Part shown: piece by piece, positions 30,042-43,800 of the stretch | Layout: each line of letters begins with the position of its first letter | Numbering within the stretch: position 1 is the first letter of the stretch | From: Ptychomitrium polyphyllum | Taxonomy: Eukaryota | Direction of reading: 5' to 3' | Length of the DNA: 64,000 bases | NCBI GenBank assembly: GCA_973851085.1 | Contig: OZ316775.1 | Location: forward strand, 372,001-436,000 | The notes under the pieces: model-generated | Told to the model about the DNA's origin: nothing | Seen by the model: the letters and a program-made list of their open reading frames with translations, nothing else | Database searches by the model: none | Position numbers and translations under genes: made by a program

Positions 30042-31652
30042 TTATCCATCGATACCAGCGGCCTGTCTCCGGACGCTGTCGTTGTGCACTATATTTATTG
30101 CTGACATAACAACGCTGGACATGGACTCGGAGCCCGACGCTTCATGGTCTGCAGTACGTGAGGATTCTGTTCCTACTCTCACATCCTGAGCAGGAATAAC
30201 AGCTTGCTCCTTATTCGCAGGATCATTTTGGTTTTCATGTGAAGCTGTCTCTTTCGGTTCAACTAAAGACACTTGGGTGATCAGGTTCATTATCCACGTC
30301 GTGTGAGCCTCTGTTAAATCACGATAATCGAAATTTCGTTCATATCTGTGATCATGATCCCTTCTCATCCAAGAACGAATAACCTCCTCCTGCTCCGGAA
30401 GGGGGAAAGTCCTGATAAAGCTCGCTAAAACTGTTGCAGTGTTGAAAGTTCTGGGAGCACTGATAGCAAGCTCATCAGTAGTGTTTTGCAGGATCCATTT
30501 CCATTGGTGAAACAAAGTCATCCGGTCAGAGGAGTTCAAGAATAAGCGCCCACCCAAAATATCCTCGAAAATTACAACGATCATCTTTATCAATGTCATT
30601 TGCACACCTCGCCACTCGGGCCAAAATTCCTTGTGAGAGCAGTATATGGAGTACCCCGCTTCCAGGAACAGATCTGAAACTTCGTGATCCTTCACAAGGG
30701 TTTCAACCACAGCTTGTGCAGCGTTGGCCTTTCGTAATAATTGAAACAACCACCAGAAATTTGAAACGTCGTCAAGAATGTCGATTATGGACCTGTAAAG
30801 AAAGTATGCTGGACGGAATTTCGTCACATCTTCACAAAACCCCTTAACAGAACACATGAGTCTCTTTGATTCTTCCTTTCCCAAGGTCAGAGCGTATTGG
30901 ATAAGAGCACTATCCGATCCAGACACAATTGCAAGAAATGCATTTTCAAACATCTCTCGGCTTTCTTCCCTTATGTAGTACTCGGATATGCCTTCATGTT
31001 CCAAAGAACAAGTCAAGTATCGACTTAGTGATCTCTCTACACAAGTTCGAAGTTCCTTCTGCTTATCACTTTTAGTCAAGGGCAACTGCAAGCGAGCGCT
31101 TAAATCTGTTGCAGAATCGGAAGAAAGGTACTGCCCAGACACACAAAACTCGCGGATCTGCTCTTCTTCGTCAGAGGTCCAAGGTATGGCTGATAGACAT
31201 CGCAAACATATGTCCATAAGCTCCTTGTACTCGATTTGAGAAGCAACCTTAAGAAGTTCTATACACTGCTTCACAGTCTCAATTGGCCGATGTAGCAAGT
31301 ACATCCGAGAAAAGCAGTCTTGATAGTATCGTTCCTCCGTCTGAACTTCAAGAAAAAACTTCATTGCTGATGAGTTCTGGCCTGTCTCAGTTTGCACGGT
31401 CCACCTTCCACTCATAAGCGATTCAAAGTATTTGCTGCATTGGCGCAGTCGGGTGGAATTTGCGTGTATTTCACACAATGGTGACCAACCATTTTCAGCC
31501 GTAGGTCTCTCCAATGTGCAGTCTTCTGAAATTCGTTTTCGCTTCTTAAAGGGGTCACTCGCACTGTCTTGTTTCTCTATCGTTGAGTTGGGCATCAAGA
31601 AGATGGTTACATCTGTCCCATTTGCCACAGTCTTCTCAACATGATCCTCCAT
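30042..31652 (-). CDS. BTB/POZ domain protein (plant At3g05675/At1g63850-like family), single coding exon, 536 aa
   Basis: IHANSTRLRQCSKYFESLMSGRW fits the BTB H..L...S.YF...W pattern; CLRCLSAIPWTSDEEEQIR fits the family motif CLEYLEAVPW..EEE; basic KKRKR patch. Upstream donors near 32064 and 32947 suggest 5' UTR exons. Confidence 0.85.
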   Translation of the reverse strand: MEDHVEKTVANGTDVTIFLMPNSTIEKQDSASDPFKKRKRISEDCTLERPTAENGWSPLCEIHANSTRLRQCSKYFESLMSGRWTVQTETGQNSSAMKFFLEVQTEERYYQDCFSRMYLLHRPIETVKQCIELLKVASQIEYKELMDICLRCLSAIPWTSDEEEQIREFCVSGQYLSSDSATDLSARLQLPLTKSDKQKELRTCVERSLSRYLTCSLEHEGISEYYIREESREMFENAFLAIVSGSDSALIQYALTLGKEESKRLMCSVKGFCEDVTKFRPAYFLYRSIIDILDDVSNFWWLFQLLRKANAAQAVVETLVKDHEVSDLFLEAGYSIYCSHKEFWPEWRGVQMTLIKMIVVIFEDILGGRLFLNSSDRMTLFHQWKWILQNTTDELAISAPRTFNTATVLASFIRTFPLPEQEEVIRSWMRRDHDHRYERNFDYRDLTEAHTTWIMNLITQVSLVEPKETASHENQNDPANKEQAVIPAQDVRVGTESSRTADHEASGSESMSSVVMSAINIVHNDSVRRQAAGIDG

Positions 31653-34600
31653 CGTTCCACTTCACCTGTACTGGATCTTGCAGGTATCTGATAACAGAAT
31701 ATGCTCAGAAATGGAAATAAATAGTGCTGGAGCAGCTGAAACCCTGTCACACAGCCATAACACGACCAATCCCTGTAAGACTCTCAGCTGGTAGTACACA
31801 TCTTATAACATTCAGCAGCTTCATGCAACTTGCTTACGTTTTGACCGATCTCTGTGGGCTTCTCAGCTTAATTATTTGCTGGCCAAAATCAATGGGAGTA
31901 GCACAGGGCCACAGGCATGACCCAAGAACAAATGGTGATAGTTTATTTCTATCGTGACCAAAGTTCTTGCATACGAGATACGCAACCAAAGCTCCTGATA
32001 ATGAAGAGATAGAGCTGGTAAGTCCAAGCAGGAATGAATGAAATGTGAGATTAATTCATACTCACCTGAGTCTTTTTCTTCCAGCCCAAAGAAACAAGTT
32101 TCACCTCTCGACACAGCATTTAAGACGCCCTCCCACGACCCTTCCCCTCCCCCCCACCCACCCCAACCCTTGTTAATGTTTCTGCATACATCCTCTTTTC
32201 AATTAATAACAGTCACCAAAAACAGCTTTAGTTGGCTTTGGCATATCCAAATCTGTCAAACGATACATGCAGCAAAGGTGGTTCACAAGCAACTTTGTCA
32301 CTTATTGGAAAATCGAGCATGAGTAGTAAAACTAGTTTGCAACCAGAGCAAATGGAGCTCCTTGGTGCTGATCTCACTACTTTCAAACCGACTATGCCAA
32401 GACAACCCACAAACAAAACAACTCAAGGTCACATACAAGTTCAATGCTAGCTCAGGAACCCCAAACTGAAGCGCGATATAAATTCGATTGACATACCTAC
32501 TACCCTGAAACTCAGTTGCAACCCACGACCTTTGCAAACTACAGGTCTCACATCATAACATGGCAGCAACGAGCCGATCTATAGAAAATAATCATGGTAA
32601 GCACAAGGGTTTCTACTCCACAAGTCCCCGAACTATCACGGTTCAAACTTCAAACGAAACAGAGCAAGCAACGAGACGGAAAAAATCGAGACATGACATG
32701 GCCGGCAGATGGAGCTTCACCTCAACAACTTGCTGACGAAGAAGAGGGAATAACCCACCACGAAAACAACAAGAGTTCGAGATGCGACCAAAAGCAATCA
32801 AAGGGGATTCATGCACACATCGAGTCTTTGTACGACAAGTGAGCGCCGGCCACTCCTCACGTACGTACGCAAAACCTAAGGGGGGAAAAAGACGATAAAA
32901 CACAACCTTAGAAGATGTGGGGATGCAAAAAAGAACGGTTCTAGTTACCTGCGTACCGCAACAAAGTTGAAGGAGCACCAACAACAACGCCACGGACGTC
33001 CGAAAGGAGACGTAGACGGTAGGCGGTAGACGGTAGACGCAGAAGCCTGAGTGTTAAGGAAAGCAAAGTAAGGGCGCCAGAGTTCCAGAGCGAGGCACAG
33101 TTGTGCTCAGAGTTCACGTTACCATTGCTGCGCAGGGCGCACTGGACGGATGGCTCCAAACAGGGGGGACGCACTGCAATCGAGTCGTGCACAGAAGGGT
33201 GGGGGGTGGGGGGGGGTGGAGGGGTCACCACATTGATGGCTGCACCATCACTTCTCATCACTTGCCCAACTTACACGCCAAACGCCACAGCTGAGGGGTC
33301 CCCATCACCATTCACGCCACACCCACCTGGCCCCGCGCGCGCGAGCAAGAGCGAACGAGCCTTCAACACTAAGAATATAATCTTCCACTCACTTTACGGC
33401 TCCGGCAGCATCAGTCATCGCAAATCTCTACCAACGGCAACGGCAGAAGTTGGTGCACAACATTTGCAAAGCACCACTGATCATGTGAGGCCGCAACGAA
33501 AAAAATGAAGGTTAGCACACAAAATGCACAGCTGCTGACGCCGCTGGGTCGGCCGTGGCATTCCCTCGTCCGTACTGTAATGTACGGCCCTAGTTACTGG
33601 CACCTCGCTGTAAAATCGGCGGCACCCGTAAGTTTGCGCCTCGCCCGGTGCACGCAGCCCCACGGCACTTGGGGGGTGAGAATTCCATGATCGCGTTCGC
33701 TCCACTGCACTGCACTGCACTCCACCAGGGTCGCAGTCAGGGTGCTGTCCGTTGGCACTCCACTGTGCTCTTCCCCAACCACCCAGACCCTTCACCAGAC
33801 GTTGAAAGCCCTCTCCCTTTCCACGGTGTCAGGCCCCCCCCCCCCCCCCCGCTGTCAAGGCTTGCCCAGCCCATGTTCCCCACGCTTTTAGGATCAATTT
33901 GGATATCTGAAACTCTTTATCAATTTCAGCCACTTTTAATTATGAAGCCCATCTCATTTGAGATATTTCGGAACCTGAAGATCTTGATAACAAGAATATG
34001 CCCTTGTGAATCTTGGTCGTGTGTTCAATTGAGGAGCCTGCATTATTTCATGCCTTATATAAATTTACTTTGAACTTTTTATTTAAGCATCACATTATTT
34101 ACTACTCTATACAACACCAACTATTGTCATTACCATAAATCAAAATACTTGTAGTAGCCTCCCATTAACTTGAATTATAATTAAATAAATTGAATATTTT
34201 CATACTATTGGTTGTAATGTCATTGCAATGTGGTTTGCAATAATATAAATAAATATTTAAAATTTGTAATAATAATTTCTATAAACCAATCTAAAAAACC
34301 ATTATTTTATTAAAGTATTACAATACAACCTTGTTATATATTTTACTTTCACAATGATTTAGAAAGTTCAACTAAAATGAATGAAAATATTCACATAAGA
34401 CTTTGAATTGATATTAAACGCAGTAGCAATGGCAATATTTTATATTATTTTATTATTTAAAGCATGTACAATCATTTAAATTTCACTTAAGTAATACAAT
34501 ATAACAAGTCCATGTTTAGCACATAATTTTTAAAAATCTACTATTGGTGCATATTTCTCTCCATCCTTGCTATTTCATGAGTTTATTTGCACCAAATTTT

Positions 34601-37171
34601 GACTGTATATCATTCACCATTTCATGCATTTTCTATCTTGTTTTATTTTTGGTGGTGATCAAATATGTGCATAGTAGCTATTACCCTTTTTTTTTAGTTG
34701 ATGGTTATATATATAAAAAATAGTAATTGGCATGCTAAATTTACAATGTTATTTTTATTTCAATCAATATTTAATTAGTAAGATGAATTTATATACATAT
34801 GTAGAAGATCCATAAATTCAATGTATTTTAATATATTTTTTAATGAATTGATTATAATATATGTAAAATTATATTATTAAAAATATAAGATAATGCAAAG
34901 AACTCCTACAATTTAGCTATCATTAAATTATAAAGGTAGATGTTTGTAATCTTATTGTATTGAACAAGATTATAGAAATTGTTTAACATCTATTCAAAAG
35001 AAAAGTTGATAAAGACATCTTTTTTTAACATATGAATGTTTTAATGTTGTTTAATATATTTTGGTATTTTAAAAAAATGTCTCAATTTACACATTATTCT
35101 TGGTAGTGTTTATTATTACATTGCAAACATAAGATTAAAAAGTAATATAAAATTTAATAATTCAATAGTTATATTGCTTGAGAATGGTCACTTAAAAAGA
35201 AGTGATTGAGAAATTCTATATTAAACAACATGTAAAAAAATATAGGGTAGAAATTTTTCATTTAAAGAAAATTCAACATTTAAAGTTTATAATTATAAAT
35301 ATAATTTGATTTCATTCAATTACAGGAAAGTTCCATTAAAATCATTCTAAAATCTAATGTACTATCCAAATTTCAAATTATTAATATTTTCTTTAATTAT
35401 CCATTATTTTTTAAATCGCACATTCTATATATAAATAAGTAAATAATTTCATAATTAAGAAATCATATATTATGTGACTTCTTTGAATATTCTTCTTATT
35501 CAAAGTAAACATCACCACTGTACCACATTCTATGGAATTATAAAATGCTTTATAATGTAAGAACTCTAAAATGATTGTTTAGTTTATTAAATTCTTCAAC
35601 AAGTTGTTACACTTTGTAGAAAGGTAGAATTAGAGAACACTTGCTTTCATTGTTAAAGAATGTTATGCAAGCTTGTTTATAGAATAATACAATACACATT
35701 TAGTATTTTATTCCAAATATTTCTAAAAGAACTTACTTGTATGTTAAATTTAATAATAAAATTTTTAACTTCAAATTGTAAGTCTTAAAATCTAGATTTT
35801 AAATCTTGAATTCTATTAACTTTTGTCAACATAAGAAGGAATTGTCATCCATATAATTAGTTTTTGGATTTTATTGTCTCAATTATTAAATTATTTATTG
35901 TTTACAATGACATTGCATTTTAAGTATTTGCAAGAAACAACTTGATTAATGATTTAATGTGAAATCATCTTAGTAATAATATTTTTTTAAAATGCATTGC
36001 AATATTATTGTCCTTCTTTAATATGACAAATTTGGGAAACAAAAAAATTGTTGTATCATTGAAATGTCACATTTTTGATTATATGACATTTAAAGCAATT
36101 GGTGTTGTATTGTTCAGGTTTTCAAAATTCAAACAAAATAAGTATAGAAACACATTATAATGGTTATAAAGTATTTAAAATACACTTTATGTCTATAAAG
36201 ATTTGCAATACTAAGCTTGTTAATGACAACCAACTTTAGTAGCCACACAAGTTCCAATGGCCATCAAAATCCTACTTGCCATCCTTAATTCTTAGTCGTC
36301 ACATTAACCACCATTTCTAGTCCTAAACTTTGGAAGTTTTCATAATGTTTTAATTACTAACAAATGAAGTGCAATATTTTATTTTTTCAAATTTCTATAA
36401 TTTTAGAAGAAATTCATCCATATTAAGCCTTAATTACTTCTATTATGTGACAAATGAGAGGTCTTAATTGTTATATTACAATGCGTCATAGTTGTAGTAT
36501 AAGGAGAGTTTTGAAGTAAAAAAATCAATTGTGTAAGAATGAATTGTATAATCAAGGTTGTTGTAAATTTGACTGTTATAATAACAAGGTTAAATTATAT
36601 AGCTGTTTTCCAAATTTTATTAATTCAAATGTTAGGACATTTTTGTATTTAAAAATCCTCTTTTATTACTTTTTAAATAAACTAATAATCTATAATATAT
36701 TTAATTTTTATAAATAAATTTTTATTAATGGTTCCCACTTATATTCATGCTCATGTACAATGATAAATGCCAACTACTATGATATTTGCTAGAAATATAT
36801 TCATTTTTTATAAAAGTATTGTTTCAAGCTCTTTGGATATATAATTTTTTTTAGAAAGCAAACATTTTGAGAAGTTAAGCCATATTAATTCTGGTTCTAG
36901 TGAGGACATCAGGATAACTAAAAGACACAGGCTCAAGAAATTAGAAATGCAATTTAGTTTCAATGCAAAGACTAGTAGTGCAACTGGCATGTTTGAATAT
37001 TATTTGGCCTGGTGACAAAAAAGGGTTCAAAAGCTCGAAGGGGGTGAAGTGAAGAGCAGAGCGTGAGCGAGTGAGGGGTACAACTGCCGTGATGCAGCGT
37101 GAGCTTTAAACCCTAATCTGGCTCCGTTGGAAAGGAGGGCGGGGCACGGTGGGGTAATGCAGGGGACGACA

Positions 37172-37370
37172 CAGAGCCAGAGCCAGAGCCAGAGAGACTT
37201 GAGAGTGCCATTGCTCTGGCTTGCTTGCGTGCTTGCGAATGCGAGGCCTGCATACACTGGAGTGGCGAGTAAGTTGGAGTGCTGAATGTATGTGTGTGTG
37301 TGAGTGAGTGAGTGAGAGAGTGAGAGAGTGAGTGAGGGAGAGAGAGTGTTTGTGTATGTGTATGTTGTGT
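37172..37370 (+). repeat. (AGAGCC)n and (GT)/(GAGT)/(GA) microsatellites at the SAC3 promoter/5' UTR
   Basis: Directly visible at 37172-37196 and 37287-37370; AAACCCTAA telo-box-like motif at 37108-37116. Confidence 0.8.
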
Positions 37371-37817
37371 GGATTCTGCCGCATCCCGGAATCGACTCCT
37401 CAGCCTGCCTTCGTGGTAAGGTACGTATCTCCTCTGCCCCTTCCTCTTGCCTTGCCTCTCCATCCACGCTTGCAGCTTCACCTTCATCTTCTTGGCCGCG
37501 GATTCCATCTGTTAGGGTTTCCCTCTCGCTCTCCACCGTGTCCCCGATTGCATGTCACAGCAACAACTCATCTCCGCTGATTTGCACATCGAGTCTGGCT
37601 ATCATCAGCATGATTTCATTGCTTCTGGGCTTTTCTTTCAGGATTTTAGGGATTGTCCGTATGTTCCGACGCCATCGACTAAGCTTTCCTTTTTCCCTGT
37701 CTTTCGCAGCCTACTTGGTATGCACAACATCGCCTCCTTAGCTCACATGCCTGCAGGGCATGGATGAGCAGATTATGATTGTAAGGATGTTGTTTTGACT
37801 TACACCTAGTTACAACG

Positions 37818-40800
37818 ATGGATTCGTCCGGCTTCAATACTGGAAGGGCGGTTGCAGTTCCACTGGTGCCGCGTCAGGGAGTCGTCTTTGGTAAAGCAGC
37901 TGCGGCAGGGAAACCAGGAGCGGCAGGGAAACCAGGAGCGGCAGGGAAACCAGGAGCGGCAACGGCTGAAGGAAAGGTTGTAGCTGGATCGGGGTCTGGC
38001 TCGGCAGCTGGATCTAGTCGGCATGCATTTAAGGGTGCCAGACCTGGTGCACAGGTTTACAATGCGGAAACTGAACAGAATGTTAACAGCAGGAGGCCCA
38101 GCCCCACACGTGTCCGGAAGGCAGCTCCAGTGGCGCCTCATCCTCCTGTTAACCAAAATCTGGGAAGTACAATCTTCAGTGATATTGAGCTGCAGAGGTC
38201 AGTTGTATCTCCTCATAAAGTTACAGAGATTAGTTAACAGAATGGGGTGGGCAAGAAATTTATGCATTAATTTTTCTTCTTCTTTTCCAAAATCTTATTC
38301 TTCAATTTTGTTTTGTCAAACTGAGTATGGTGAAAGTCGTCCTGTGATTTACCGGTCTTTATTCCTCTTGTCAACTTCACAAACAATGGCCAGCATCCTT
38401 GAAGGGTACATTGACAGATACGGCAATGTAGAGAAAACTAGGTGTTGGATTATGTGGAGATTTTGTTCTTTTAAAAAAAAATTGATGTTGTATTTTGTTC
38501 TATAATTGGCTGAAAATGGTGCTGCAGAGAAGCGAATGCGAAAGCTCAACGACTTTTACGGTTTTCATATGGGCAAGAGTCTTCTGATGCTATATCACAG
38601 TCGAATAGCGGCCGTGTCTCAGGAAAGGCTGAACAGCGATTTCCTAATCGTGAAGCTCGACAGTTGAGCCAAAGCCCAAAGCCCGCAGCAGATGGTGTCC
38701 AAAGTGACACGATGGAAACGGAGGCCCTTGGGGAGGATTTCAGCGACACCGAAGCAATTGTTGGGACCTGCGATGATATGTGTTCAGGTGAATGTCTTTC
38801 ACTTGTTCCATGTTTTTAATTGAAAGTTGCCTGCGTAAGGCAGATATTTATCTGTAGTAAGGATGACCATTTGCTTGTCCCTTTGAAATAGATATAGATA
38901 TAGGGATCAAGCAAAGTGAAGCAATTTAGGGTCGAGCAAATGGCGGAAGGTGCTTAAAATGCATGTTGTGCGATTCTCAGAAACCGAACGTCACGAACGT
39001 GAGAGAAAAGGTGACCTTGACAAGTTTGAGAGAGTAGATGGTGACCGTAACCTTACAAGTGTTGACTTGGCAGTGAAGAAGGTACGCTTAATGCTATAAT
39101 GTATTTGTCAACTGCAGTTGCTTTAGCTTACGTAGTTGAGGATCTTATACATTTGATTGTAAGTTTCTCTATGAGCTTAATTGTTTCAAACATGAGATCA
39201 TTTTAGAAGCATCAATTTTATTAGGAGCAAACTCAGATGAGCGGTGAGCTTTTTGTAGCATTAAAACAACTACTTGCTTTTTCTGTCTTGTTTTGCATCT
39301 TTAGTACAACTGGTCTGTGGTTCAAGTTTTGCAAGATGATGCATGCATACGATAAACTTGTCTTTCCTTTCCAAAAATGTCTTGTCAACTCTATGTGTGA
39401 TATCATGAATTTTGGTCACAAGTGTTATCAATGGGCATTAAAAGAAGATCAGCTGGGTTTGCTCAAACAATCTCATAAAAATTTGTTACCCTATTAAGCA
39501 CTTGGTTTCTGGTGACTCTGCAGTATACAAGGACTCCTTCTCGAGAACCTCATTTGATTCGTCCACTTCCAGTTCTACAAGTGACCATGAAATATCTTTT
39601 GAAGTTGATTGATCAAGGTTATGATGAAGGACTCTTAAGACTCCATAATTTTCTGTGGGATAGAATGAGAGCAGTGCGTATGGATTTACGAATGCAACAC
39701 ATATTTAACCGTGAAGCTATTACAATGCATGAGCAGATGGTGATTTTCTAACACCATGAGCTTGAATTCAATTTTCAATTCTTCGGTGGTAGTAAGAAAT
39801 TTTTCCGGGAGTTGGAGTGTTGCATGCCCAGAGCGTGAATTTATTTTAAAGTCAACATTCGGATTGCCTAGTCGGTTTCTAACGGATTATGTCTTTTTAT
39901 GCTTAATTGTGTTTCTTTTGTCTATTCACAGTTTGGATCGGTATTGTTTTGCCAGATCCGGTTTCACATTCTTGCTATGCATGAGCTCTGTGAGTACAAG
40001 AAAGGTGAAGGTTTCAACGAAGGGTTTGATGCTCATCTAAATATTGAGCAGATGAACAAGGCCTCTGTAGATCTCTTTGAGATGTATGATGACCACCGGA
40101 AAAGAGGAATACAAGTTGAAACGGAGGCGGAGTTCAGAGGCTATTACGCTCTGTTGAAACTTGACAAACACCCGGGGTATTCTGTAAGTGTATCTTCCCT
40201 CATGTCGGGAGTGTCTGTTAAAAATTATCCTCGTTTATTTATAGAATTCCTCTGATTTTGAAACAAATTCAGGTTAATCATTATGCTGAACTTTTTGTAG
40301 GTTGAACCTGTGGAGCTTTCTTTGGATCTTGCGAAAATGACACCAGAAATGCGGAATACTCCACAAGTTTTGTTTGCTCGGGACGTTGCAAGGTCTGACT
40401 TACGTTTGTGTCTGCATTGCTCAATTTTATTTTATAACAGTCTCATCATTATTTTGTAAGTTTTAATGAGTGCATTGATGGGTTGTGGAAATTGTCTCTA
40501 GAATTGCTGATATGATGTAGTCTTTTACAAAGAGTAGCTGTATCTGGAATTTTTTTGATTGTAGACACTGACAAACTCCAACGGAATTAATTTCGGGTTG
40601 AAGGTCGTTCTTTAGGGGATGCCTGGGTTTTGCATATTTCATCTTGTGAGAGCTGGTCTTTCTCATGGTTGCACTTCGCCAATTCTACTGGTGTTATTGG
40701 TAGCCAATGTTGCAGAAAGGCAATTAAGATAGGTTTGATTAATATTCACCTAGAGTTTCGCAATTTCTCAAAACCTACATTGTCGTTGGAAGCAATTGAA

Positions 40801-43800
40801 GAACGCATATTTGGACTTTGTGAATGGTGCCTTATTGGTATAGTGTTTGTTTGGGCACGACATGATTGAGTACAAGATGGAGGTAGCTCTTGTGCTCTAT
40901 ACAAATGCACATTTCTTAGCAGACATGAATATTTGATGGGGAGTTTTTCCAACTTTGGTGGGTGTGTCAACTGGATTTGTCAGGGCCTGCCGTGGGGGCA
41001 ACTACATCGCATTTTTCCGTTTAGCAAGGAAGGCCACATATCTTCAAGCTTGCCTCATGCATGCTCATTTTGCAAAGGTAATCTCGTGTAAGCTTTAATT
41101 TAAGAGTACAGGATCAGAATTCTGGCCCTAAAGTAGCTCACATTCTGTCTGTTTTTTTTCGATTTCATGAATTCCCGTTTTAACTATACTTGACATGTGA
41201 TATTTTCTTGCCTTATGTAGCTCCGAACCGAGGCTTTGGCAATACTTCATAGTGGTCTACAGAAGAACCAGGGTGTCCCCATCACTCAAGTTGTAAAGTG
41301 GCTGGGTATGGAGGTAGTTGAACCTATGCTGCCCATTTTTCAATTTACTGCATAGACGTAGCAAATGACAGTGATTCACATTAGTTATTTATGGTTTCAG
41401 CTTTTATACGTCTGTTTCATATCCAGTGTGGTACACCGTTTCATTCGACGGGTTACCTGTAACCACATTCTTTTAAACCAGGAATGGAGGAAAGCAGGTG
41501 CCTAGAGGTCACTTGAAATTGTTGATGTGGATTGTTCTTTATGGTGACTAGGGTGAAGACATTGAAACTCTGGTGAATTATCACGGTTTCAGCTCGAAGG
41601 TTTTTGAGAAATTGTACGCCATAAAGGATGGTCCCTTCCTCAATCGTGATGCAGATTACCAAGCCCGTCGGTCACGATTAGTGGAAACCAAACGCTCCTC
41701 TTCTATTGTTGAGGATGTGGAAGGTAAGGGACAACAACAGGCTGTAGTTGATAGCTGGTCAGCTACCCCGATGACACCTGGTATACAAGAGGAAGAGATG
41801 CCTGACTATGAAGAGGATGAATCGCCATTTTCAGCAGAGATGGCACAAACACCTCCTGCCCAGGAGCATTGGACAACTGCGCTAGGACGATCCAGTCTAG
41901 GTATTGGTCAAGGGCCTGCTGACATGCGTATTTCCCCTCCCTACAAAGCAATTTCTCCCTCCAAAGGAGGTCAGGATACTCTATCTGGAACTGCTTTCAG
42001 CTCAAAGTCTTTACCGTTGTGGTCCATTCCTCAACAGCATCATTTAGTTCCTAACTCTTCAGCAGAAAATCTAAGTCCACAGAGGGGTCGGAAGCGGGAA
42101 TCGTACCCAGGGCGACTAACTCAGGACATAGACTTGAAGGAGGGTAACAAGAAACTTGTTACCGCAGGGGGAGCAATTGAGGTGGAACCAGAGGAAGAAG
42201 ATGACTTACCTGAGCCTGGCCCAACCATAGACGAGATTAGCGCACAAAGAGTGCTAGAATGGGAAGTCGAGGAGGCTGAGAGGGAACGTGAGAGGAGGAA
42301 ACGGGCAACAGAAGAAGCTGAAGCTGCTGCTGCAAAGTGGGCAGCGAAGCTAGCTGCAGATGCTGAAATCAAGAGGCAACAACAGGAAGAAAAAAGGTTG
42401 GCAGCCCACAGGGCGGAGGCAAGCGCTGGGAAAAAACGGTTATGGCTAAGGTAATTGTGTCCTTCGCTTTGATGATGCCCGCCTTCGATGGCTTCATCAT
42501 GTTTCTTGTTCCCTCGCTGCTCACTGCTCGCAGCTCACTCTTCTTTCACCTCTTAGATTTCGTGTAGCGCAGGAAGAACTTGTTATTACCATTCTTTACT
42601 AATAGTTGCAGATCGCGTTTTTGCATGTAATTGTTCAATTTTTGCTTTTAGGTGTACATAGACGTTGTTGGATTTTATACACCACGAAAATGACACCCTT
42701 GCCTACTTCTGTGTGATCAGACGATGGAAACGGCGGGCTGCAATCACGGCAGAGGTGAAGCTTCGGCGCAGAATAAGAGCAGAAGCCGCCTTAGGCTCTC
42801 TATCTGTTGGACCTCCTTTAGCTGGTTTTAAACCTGATAAAGATGGGGTGAGTTATACTTTGACTGAAGATTCCTTGTTGCTTTGTTTTATGTGCATTCT
42901 TCTCTGTAGGTTTTATTCGAATTTCTGAGTTCCTGATGAAAATCAAATAGCTGTTTCGATTCTCGAGTATACCGGTAATTTAGATTATTTCTTTTGACCA
43001 ATATCGCTTGACACTTGCAGGCACTTATAACATTAGCAAACGTTGGATCTGCACCAATATCGATTGACCAAGTTGCAAGGATGCGTTTAGGGAAAATCCG
43101 TGAGATGTGGAAGCCTTTAGATGTAGCATCTTTGGTTCTTCTATTATTTGAACATAAGTTTCCTTTAACAAAGTTTGTCACATTCAAGTTACTATTGGCA
43201 GTGGGCGATACAGATGCCTCTAATATGGCCGGGCAATGGTTGTCCAACAAGCTGTCAAGAAGCCAGCTTGTAATTCCAGAAGTCCACTCAGATGGCCGTA
43301 CTCCAGGGTTGTGGTTTAAAGCCTTGAATGTTGATGAAAGCAAGAAGTCTCGTCAAGCGACTGTATTGTATGGAGCAAGTGGTCTAGTGTTCCTGGTCCG
43401 TAAGGGATATTCAATTATCGAGGAACGAGCTCGGTTACACTCTTTGGTGGAAACTTTGCCTGTTGGAATCCGGCTACCTCTACTCCTGCTTTACACACCC
43501 AGAGAACGTAACATTGAAGCAGAAACAGAGAAATTGAAGGCTTCTTTAGGGTTGTATGATTTTGAGGGGCTTCGAATAGGTTGGCAGAATGTCTCACCTG
43601 TGTCATCAAGCAATGACGGAGGCTTGTACAGTGACGGATTTCTATGCGGAGGGCTAGTATGGCTAGCTAACAGCGCTCCTTCTCAACCGAACTTACGTTC
43701 TATACATATTCGTGAATTAGTCACAAGCAACTTAGATGGACATTGCAAGATTCTTATGGCAAGTTCCTGCTCGAACGTGACTCCTGATCGCTGCATCAGT

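Noticed and set aside
32594..34073. Cluster of 60-140 aa ORFs
   Set aside because: GC-rich promoter and 5' UTR of the BTB gene; stops are rare by composition and no motifs are recognisable.
34100..36900. AT-rich spacer between the divergent BTB and SAC3 promoters as a possible gene or Helitron
   Set aside because: No convincing motifs, termini or splice chain could be read; probably very old repeat debris.
37027..37767. Overlapping ORFs of 71-169 aa on both strands
   Set aside because: Low-complexity translations of microsatellites in the GC-rich SAC3 promoter/5' UTR; no recognisable domain.
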